Below are positions 39,376 to 45,448 of a stretch of DNA of 45,448 nucleotides, one piece after another. Positions within the stretch are counted from its first letter, which is position 1. Every line of letters begins with the position of its first letter. The DNA lies in contig CALMSM010000181.1 in assembly GCA_937872425.1 (NCBI GenBank), positions 1 to 45,448 on the forward strand. Direction: 5' to 3'. This DNA is from an uncultured Candidatus Saccharibacteria bacterium. GTDB taxonomy: Bacteria; Patescibacteriota; Saccharimonadia; Saccharimonadales; CALMSM01. The position numbers and the translations under genes were made by a program. The notes beneath the pieces are model-generated. The model was not told where the DNA came from. It was given only the letters and a program-made list of their open reading frames with translations, and searched no databases.

Positions 39376-39562
39376 CCCCGACTTTGTCAACCTCAAACGG
39401 TACGGGTACAGCGTGAGTAAAGTCCTTGACAGGTTTCCGGAAGGTGCGCCTACAAAGCTGATCGCCCAGGGGTTGATGCTTTCCGAAGAGCAGGTCGAAG
39501 AATTACTCGCGTCGGTCATCCTGAAACTTCGTACAGCACTCAAAGTCGAAGTAGAGGCTTGA
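39338..39562 (+). CDS. stand-alone sigma-70 region-4-like helix-turn-helix protein
   Basis: 74 aa. FVNLKRYGYS...PTKLIAQGLMLSEEQVEELLASVILKLRTAL follows the region 4.1-4.2 pattern (vl.LRyGl....t..eIA..lg.S...V......a..KLR). It overlaps the upstream ORF by 38 nt. Confidence 0.5.
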   Translation: MASDETKKKILSDPDFVNLKRYGYSVSKVLDRFPEGAPTKLIAQGLMLSEEQVEELLASVILKLRTALKVEVEA

Positions 39563-39587
39563 TGTAGTAAAAACAGCGTGGTAGTGA
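39559..39587 (+). promoter_or_regulatory. possible promoter, leaderless layout (dnaE)
   Basis: TTGATG-N17-(TGG)TAGTGA-ggtccta-ATG (39595). The -10 is weaker because its last base is A. Confidence 0.35.
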
Positions 39588-39594
39588 GGTCCTA

Positions 39595-42500
39595 ATGAAA
39601 GCCTTTGTCACCCCGCACTGTCACGTCAAGTCCCTCGATTCCGCCAGTAGCCCCGAAAAGTTCGCTCAGCGTGAGCTTGAGCTTGGAACGGGCTACTTGA
39701 CGGTCACCGACCACGGGACGCTGGAGGCCACCAGGCAGGTCTACGACCTTCTGCGGGACAAGAAGGCGTATAGCTCCATCAAGCCCATCCTGGGCCTTGA
39801 GGGCTACTTCAGGGACGACAACTGTTCCATCTTGGCAGGTAACAACGCTGCCAGGTCGCCGGACGGAACGTTCCGGGACGCAATCAAGTACACCCACATC
39901 ACTCTCCACGCCATGGATGAGCCTGCGTACTCGACTCTGTCGAAGGTCTTGTCGCAGGCCGACCTTAGGGCCGAGAAACACGGGCAGGAGCGCAAGCCTC
40001 TGTTCACGTGGGAGAACCTCGAAGAGCTTGGCGCCCAGAACATGACCGCCACGAGCGGATGCCTCATCGGCATGGTCGGTCGGCATCTACTCAAGAACAA
40101 CGACTTCGATTCGGCGGTCAAGTACTACCGCAAGCTCCGCAGCGTGTTCAAGCCTGGGAATTTCTACGTCGAGATTTTCCCCCACGTCTGCGACCGCAAC
40201 TGGGAAGTCAAAATTACCGTCACGGACTCCTTCGGTAAGCAGACTGACTATCCCTACTGGAAGAAGGTCAAGACCCTCGGTGCTCCTGACGGTATCAAGC
40301 TGGAGGAACTGGCCACCCAGTTCAAGACCAACGCCCAGAAGGCTGCGGCCCTGCACACCGCCATCGTGGAAGTGACCGAGAACCGCAAGAGCGTGCCTCT
40401 GGCGGAACCTCTTATGCTCGTCAACGTCGTACGTCACGAGGGCTGGCTGCACAACGAGTGCCGACCGTGGTCGCCTGACGGTGACGTCCAGTTGGGCGTC
40501 AACAAGTTCTTGCTGAAGCTCGCGGCCATGCACAACGACCCCGTGCTGATTAGCGACGACAGCCACTTCGCGTTCCCGGAAGAGAAAATTGTCCAGGACA
40601 TTCGTCTTGGCCAGAACGGCACGTGGAAGTTTTCGAACAGCCACCACCGCATGTCGACCGACGAGGCCCTGGACTACTTCAAGTCGCGAATGGACATGTC
40701 CGAGGGCCAGGTCGAGAAGATGGTCGAGACCTCTCACGAGTGGGCGTCGCGCTTCCGCGACTTTAAGTTCGGCTCCAGGAAGTCTCTGCCGACGTCGTTC
40801 TACCCCGAGAACACCCTCAAGCACACCCTGGCGCTCATCAAGCACCACGGTCGCATGGACTGGACCAACCCGGAACGTGTCGCCCGGCTCGATGCAGAAA
40901 TCAACCTTCTTTACAAGAACGGCACCGTCGATTTGTTGCCGTACTTCATGATTGACGAAGAAGTCTGCCGTCTGTACGCAAAGAACGGCCTTTTGACGGG
41001 TCCCGGTCGAGGTTCGGCCGCAGGCCTTTCGTTGGCGTATTACCTCGGCATCACGCACTGCGACCCGATGAAGTACAAGCTTTCGATGGACCGGTTCTTG
41101 ACGATTGACCGCGTTCAGACCGGCAAACTCCCAGACATTGACCAGGACCTTCCTTCACGCGACCTGCTGGTCGGCACAGACGAGCAGGGTGGCTGGCTCC
41201 AGAAGCGCTTTGGGGACCATGTCGCTCAGATTTCCACCGACACGACCATGAAGCTCAAGTCGGCCATCAAGGACACCTTCCGGGCCATGGACCGTGAAGC
41301 GGGGAACCCCGACCCGAAGGTGCCAGACCACATCGAAGCCTTCTGCAAGGGCCTTCCAAACCCCCCACAGGGCATTCCTGACCGGGACTACGTGTTCGGG
41401 TACAAGGACAACGACGGGCACTGGATTCCGGGTCTTCTGGAGACCGATGTGCGTCTCCAGGAGTTCACGACCAAGTACCCCAAAGAGTGGAACGTCGTGC
41501 AGATGCTGCTCGGGCTCCCTCGTCAGAAGTCACGCCACGCCTGCGCCTACGTCATCAGCGACTCGCCCATTTCAAGCTTCATCCCGCTGATGACGGTCGG
41601 TGGTGTTCGCGTCACGTCGTTCACTGCCGCTGGAGTCGAGGCTGCGGGCGGTCTGAAGATGGACTTCCTGGTCGTGAACTCGATCCTCGACATCGGCAGA
41701 GCCCTGAAGCTCGTACGCGACCGCCACACCGAAGGGGACATGTGCCCCGAGGACGAAGATGGCATCCCCTACGTAGAAATCAAGGGCAAGAAGGTACCCC
41801 TGATTCGTGCCGTGCCCTTCAACGGCGAATGGGTCGACGTCTGGGACCTTCCCGAAGACCCCGACGTGTTCAAGGACATCTGCGAGGGGCGGGTCGAGAC
41901 GGTATTCCAGTTCGACGCAGGCGCCGCTCGTCAGGGCCTCAAGTATTTTCATCCAGAGCCCGGGACACCTCTACCACTGAGCACCATCGAAGGTCTTTCT
42001 GCCTTCACGGCGTTGGACCGCCCAGGTCCTCTGGACGCCAACGTGAAGGACGAGTTCGGCAACGAGCACAACATGCTTGTCGAGTACTCGAATCGAGCAC
42101 GAGGCCAGAAAGCCATCGGCAATTTGCCCGTCCTGGACAAGCTTTTGCCTGAGACCTACGGCGTCATCGTGTACCAAGAGCAGCTACAGTACGTCTTCCA
42201 GACGATTGGCAACACAACCGCCATCGAAGCCAACAACTTCCGCAACCGTATCTCGAAGAAGAAGATGGTTGAGGTCAACAAAATCGACAAGCCCCTGTTC
42301 ATGAAGGGCGCCATCGAGTCTTTGGGTCTGGAAGTGGCTGAGGTGTTGTGGTCGCAGATGCAGACCTTCGGACAGTACGGCTTCAACAAGTCGCACGCAG
42401 TTTGTTACGTCACCATCGCCTACGCCTGCGCCTGGCTGAAGCACCACTACCCGCTCGAATGGTGGTGTGCCGTTCTCAGCAACGCAGACCGCAACGAAAT

Positions 42501-43494
42501 CGACGAGAAGTTCTGGCGGTACTGCGGACACCTCATTGCGCTGCCTGACATTCAGATGTCCAAGCACGATTTCACCATCGAGGGCACCAAAATCCGGGCA
42601 CCGTTGTCCTTGCTGAAGGGCCTGGGCGAAAAGGCTCACCAGCAGCTTCTGGCTGGCGCTCCGTACGAGTCGATTCAGGACCTGTTGGCGAAGGTTGAGG
42701 CCTGGCGCGTCAACAACCCCCGCGTCGTCAACCGCAAGGACAAGAAGACCGGCGAAGTCCGCCCTACTGCCTGCAAGGGTGTGTCTGCGCTGAACGCCAC
42801 GGTCCTCCAGAACCTGATTGTCTCGGGCTCGATGGACAGCTTGTTCCCGAACCCCGACGACCCGAACGCCGAACCCCTTGCCACGGTCGACCAGTTGACC
42901 GCCTTCGCGTTCGCATTCAGGGACGCCAACCCCAAGGCCAAATTTGTGTCGATCGCCAGCAAGTTCGACCTTGAATCTCCGCTTGTGCAGTACCAGCTAC
43001 GGAAGAAGATTCTGCCTGCTTTCAGCCAGCCGCTTTTGCCCTTGGTGTCTCGCCGTTCGAATCAAATTAGCACCAAAACTAACTCGTTCCTGACCTTCAA
43101 CCAGGACTTGTCCGTAAAGGCCGAGTGGAAGCTCGTGAGCGGTACCCAGTTCAAGGGTCTTGAAGCCTTGGGTCCTCTTGAGGGTAACCTCAACGTGTGT
43201 ATGCTGGGATATGTCGTCGGCCAGCGGCTTTTTGACTATGTTCAGAAGACCACTGGTGACAAAAAGACGGCGTGCGAACTCGACATCGATGTCGATGGCA
43301 CCCGTATCCAGTTGGTCCGTTGGCCCAGCAAAGATGGCCTCCCAGAAGCTTTCAAGGAGAATCTGGCTGGCGCTGTGGTAGCATCACAACTCGTACGTGG
43401 CGCAGGGTCTACAAGCTTCTTCTTGGCAGACGTAACCGTCCTTGCGCCTCCACTCAAAAACAAAGCCGAAGAAGAAGAGGAAAGCCCACTATGA
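39595..43494 (+). CDS. dnaE: DNA polymerase III alpha-subunit-type replicative polymerase
   Basis: 1299 aa. N-terminal PHP domain (FVTPHCHVKSLDSAS, TDHGTL), palm GRGSAAGLSLAYYLGITHCDP, DIDQD, FNKSHA, and a C-terminal OB-like region. Confidence 0.9.
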   Translation: MKAFVTPHCHVKSLDSASSPEKFAQRELELGTGYLTVTDHGTLEATRQVYDLLRDKKAYSSIKPILGLEGYFRDDNCSILAGNNAARSPDGTFRDAIKYTHITLHAMDEPAYSTLSKVLSQADLRAEKHGQERKPLFTWENLEELGAQNMTATSGCLIGMVGRHLLKNNDFDSAVKYYRKLRSVFKPGNFYVEIFPHVCDRNWEVKITVTDSFGKQTDYPYWKKVKTLGAPDGIKLEELATQFKTNAQKAAALHTAIVEVTENRKSVPLAEPLMLVNVVRHEGWLHNECRPWSPDGDVQLGVNKFLLKLAAMHNDPVLISDDSHFAFPEEKIVQDIRLGQNGTWKFSNSHHRMSTDEALDYFKSRMDMSEGQVEKMVETSHEWASRFRDFKFGSRKSLPTSFYPENTLKHTLALIKHHGRMDWTNPERVARLDAEINLLYKNGTVDLLPYFMIDEEVCRLYAKNGLLTGPGRGSAAGLSLAYYLGITHCDPMKYKLSMDRFLTIDRVQTGKLPDIDQDLPSRDLLVGTDEQGGWLQKRFGDHVAQISTDTTMKLKSAIKDTFRAMDREAGNPDPKVPDHIEAFCKGLPNPPQGIPDRDYVFGYKDNDGHWIPGLLETDVRLQEFTTKYPKEWNVVQMLLGLPRQKSRHACAYVISDSPISSFIPLMTVGGVRVTSFTAAGVEAAGGLKMDFLVVNSILDIGRALKLVRDRHTEGDMCPEDEDGIPYVEIKGKKVPLIRAVPFNGEWVDVWDLPEDPDVFKDICEGRVETVFQFDAGAARQGLKYFHPEPGTPLPLSTIEGLSAFTALDRPGPLDANVKDEFGNEHNMLVEYSNRARGQKAIGNLPVLDKLLPETYGVIVYQEQLQYVFQTIGNTTAIEANNFRNRISKKKMVEVNKIDKPLFMKGAIESLGLEVAEVLWSQMQTFGQYGFNKSHAVCYVTIAYACAWLKHHYPLEWWCAVLSNADRNEIDEKFWRYCGHLIALPDIQMSKHDFTIEGTKIRAPLSLLKGLGEKAHQQLLAGAPYESIQDLLAKVEAWRVNNPRVVNRKDKKTGEVRPTACKGVSALNATVLQNLIVSGSMDSLFPNPDDPNAEPLATVDQLTAFAFAFRDANPKAKFVSIASKFDLESPLVQYQLRKKILPAFSQPLLPLVSRRSNQISTKTNSFLTFNQDLSVKAEWKLVSGTQFKGLEALGPLEGNLNVCMLGYVVGQRLFDYVQKTTGDKKTACELDIDVDGTRIQLVRWPSKDGLPEAFKENLAGAVVASQLVRGAGSTSFFLADVTVLAPPLKNKAEEEEESPL

Positions 43495-44231
43495 CACCGA
43501 TGAATGAAGCCCTTCAGAAGTACCGCGAGACACGTAATCTGGCCGATACCGAAGTGTTTGGGGACCCCCGGACACGGCCTGGCCACGAAATGCGTCGAAG
43601 ACAAGCTCAACAAGAACTGCCTATGCTGACCAAAGAAGTTGCTGCACAATTCAAGAAGGTCGGCTTCCCGGTTTTTGTCTCGGGTCCCAATGTCGATGGT
43701 TTCCTGCGCGTCGCGACTGAAATCAACGAATGCGTCAACGTCAGCTTCGGCAAGGCAATCGCTCCAGTCGTTGATGCGGTCGAGGCAGCCCTCGGACAGC
43801 GCAACCGCGAATTTTCTCCCAGTGCATTTTCGTCCATGGTGCGCGAGATTCGTCAGGTCGGTGCTGCGTTGGGCTTGACTTCCATCCCCGCCCTGAACTA
43901 CGATGGACCTGTCTTCCTCACAGGTCGCGAGGAGACGGGTCAGTTGGTGAATTCGTACATCGTGAAGTATGTCGGTGTGGGATTCCTGGCTGGCATGATT
44001 GAACAGGCGGCTCTCGAAGAGGCGAAGAATCTCAAGGGCGACACGCCCGTTATCCCAGTCGTTGTTTCAGGTCTCTCAGAAGACCTCTACGACTCGGTCA
44101 GCCAGGGCATGTTCCAAGGCAAGTTTGTCACAGCGGAGGCCAGTGCGGACGTTTCGCAGGAAGCCGTGACGAAGGTCTTCAAGACCATCCGTAATACACG
44201 TAAGACCAAGAAAGAAGAACAACCACAATGA
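43491..44231 (+). CDS. hypothetical replication-module protein
   Basis: Start at MTPMNEALQK, with an ATGA overlap with dnaE. 246 aa, no recognisable motif. Confidence 0.6.
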   Translation: MTPMNEALQKYRETRNLADTEVFGDPRTRPGHEMRRRQAQQELPMLTKEVAAQFKKVGFPVFVSGPNVDGFLRVATEINECVNVSFGKAIAPVVDAVEAALGQRNREFSPSAFSSMVREIRQVGAALGLTSIPALNYDGPVFLTGREETGQLVNSYIVKYVGVGFLAGMIEQAALEEAKNLKGDTPVIPVVVSGLSEDLYDSVSQGMFQGKFVTAEASADVSQEAVTKVFKTIRNTRKTKKEEQPQ

Positions 44232-45430
44232 CCACAGAAAATCAGACGCAGCAGCCCTTCGCAATCGGTAAGCCCAACTACGCAGGCGGTGGAGACCAGT
44301 CGGGCAGGCAGTCCCTGACCTTCCACAAGCTCGGCCACAAGGAACCCAAGAACCGGGTTCTCGTCGTTCGCATCGCGCCCCCTGTCGGGCCTCTTGCTGA
44401 ACGGGGCATTTGGGCCCTGTACGTGAAGCAGCACTTCGGGTACTCCATCCCCTTCACGAACCGCAACGGAGAGGTCAAGAAGATTCCCGTGACCTTCCGC
44501 TGTCTGGAGCGTCAGGACCGGAACGGGAACATCACTCAGCGTTGCCCCGAGTGCGACGAAATCAACCGCCAGAAGGAGAAGTTGGCCGCCAAGGAGAAGG
44601 AACTCAGCGCCAAGGGTCTGTCCGAGGACGACATCAAGGCCCAGACCGCCTTCGTCAGGATGTGGCTCAAGGAGCACAACCTCGACCGCAAGTGGAACAT
44701 GGTCGCCAAGGACAACGGCAGTCGGTGGGGCTTCCTGACCATCAGCCACGCGTGCTTCAAGCTCCTCAAGGGCAACGAGCAGGCTCCTGGGCTGATTGAC
44801 ACGCTCATCGCCAACGGCATCGACCCCCTGAGCCCCGACAAGGGCCTCTGGATTCGGTTCACCCGCAACGGCACCGCGTTCAACGAAATCCGCGACATCC
44901 CGACGGTCGAGACCGAGTCGGTCACTCGCGATGGTGAGACCTACGAGCGCAAGAAGTACGACGCTCTGACTCAGGCCGACATCGATGCGATTTCGAAGCT
45001 CCCCGCACTGGACACTCTCGGTCGCGAACTGACCTTCGATGCCATCAAGCGCATCGTCGAGTCGGGTGGCGACGAAGAAATCCTGCGCGACGTCATGAAC
45101 ATGCCCCGCCAGGCTCCTCGCTCGGCTCAGGGTACCGCCCCTGCAGCAACCCCTGCCGCCGCAGCACCTCAGCACGAAGAGGAACCGACCGAGATGTCGG
45201 CATCGCTCAGCAAGGCCCCCGCGAAGGCTCCTGAGATGTCCGAAATCGAGCGCCTGAAGGCACAGTTGGCCCTGCTGCAGGCAGCACAGACCCCGCAGGC
45301 CGCCGCGCCCGCCGCACCCAACGCGATGACCGCTGCAGTCAAGGGTACCAACGCTCCGACTCCGACGCCTGCTCTGGCCAAGGAATTGTCTGCGATGGAC
45401 ATGGACGCTTTCCTCGCGAAGTACCAGTAA
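44228..45430 (+). CDS. T4 gp32-like single-stranded-DNA-binding protein candidate
   Basis: 400 aa. An OB-like N-terminal half (VLVVRIAPPVG...YVKQHFGY) is followed by an embedded zinc motif (FRCLE...QRCPECDE). The tail is low-complexity Ala/Pro with a short acidic/hydrophobic end (MDMDAFLAKYQ). The gene sits beside dnaE. This call rests on pattern recognition only. Confidence 0.4.
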   Translation: MTTENQTQQPFAIGKPNYAGGGDQSGRQSLTFHKLGHKEPKNRVLVVRIAPPVGPLAERGIWALYVKQHFGYSIPFTNRNGEVKKIPVTFRCLERQDRNGNITQRCPECDEINRQKEKLAAKEKELSAKGLSEDDIKAQTAFVRMWLKEHNLDRKWNMVAKDNGSRWGFLTISHACFKLLKGNEQAPGLIDTLIANGIDPLSPDKGLWIRFTRNGTAFNEIRDIPTVETESVTRDGETYERKKYDALTQADIDAISKLPALDTLGRELTFDAIKRIVESGGDEEILRDVMNMPRQAPRSAQGTAPAATPAAAAPQHEEEPTEMSASLSKAPAKAPEMSEIERLKAQLALLQAAQTPQAAAPAAPNAMTAAVKGTNAPTPTPALAKELSAMDMDAFLAKYQ

Positions 45431-45448
45431 AACATCCGCACTTGACAG

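Noticed and set aside
45442-45447. A TTGACA hexamer 12 nt after the last gene, at the very edge of the window.
   Set aside because: It could be the -35 of the next promoter, but the -10 and the downstream gene lie outside the window.

Overview
The window reads as about 45 kb of a tailed dsDNA phage (Caudoviricetes) genome. It is gene-dense and GC-rich, and no integrase is visible. Two arms diverge from a roughly 570-bp non-coding control region at 26755-27325.

Leftward (minus) arm: SF2 helicase, a sigma-70-family factor that ends before region 4.2, a GroES-like protein, small ORFs, a metallophosphoesterase, small and large terminase, portal, a MuF/SPP1-gp7-like head protein with extra C-terminal modules, a 1184-aa prohead-protease polyprotein, a GGDEF-domain protein, scaffold, major capsid protein, a beta-helix tailspike, two tandem HNH genes and a tRNA cluster.

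Rightward (plus) arm: a GIY-YIG/wHTH protein, a GroEL-like chaperonin, zinc-ribbon ORFs, a Rad50/SbcC-like ATPase, a RuvC-like resolvase, a class II ribonucleotide reductase, an HNH gene, dUTPase, a second metallophosphoesterase, a sigma-region-4-like mini-protein, a DnaE-type polymerase and a gp32-like SSB candidate.

Two small plus-strand islands (7667-7960 and 13316-14823), each with its own promoters, interrupt the minus-strand morphogenesis block. Six free-standing homing-endonuclease-type genes are present (3 HNH, 3 GIY-YIG-like).

Most interesting observations:
- a GGDEF nucleotide-cyclase-like protein sits inside the head-gene operon
- the prohead protease is fused to about 950 aa of cargo that ends in a PI3/4-kinase/HipA-like module
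- a capsid-protein N-terminal leader is reused on a Cys/His-rich small protein and at the protease/cargo junction, with an 89% identical 66-nt DNA repeat
- transcription units begin with an extended -10 promoter 6-8 nt from the ATG (leaderless layout), and the 8-mer AGTAATCT recurs in front of late genes
- the sigma factor lacks region 4.2, and a stand-alone region-4-like protein is encoded 14 kb away
- GroEL-like and GroES-like genes are both present
- the divergent control region carries iteron-like repeats.

All functional calls come from motif recognition by eye. No database search was run.
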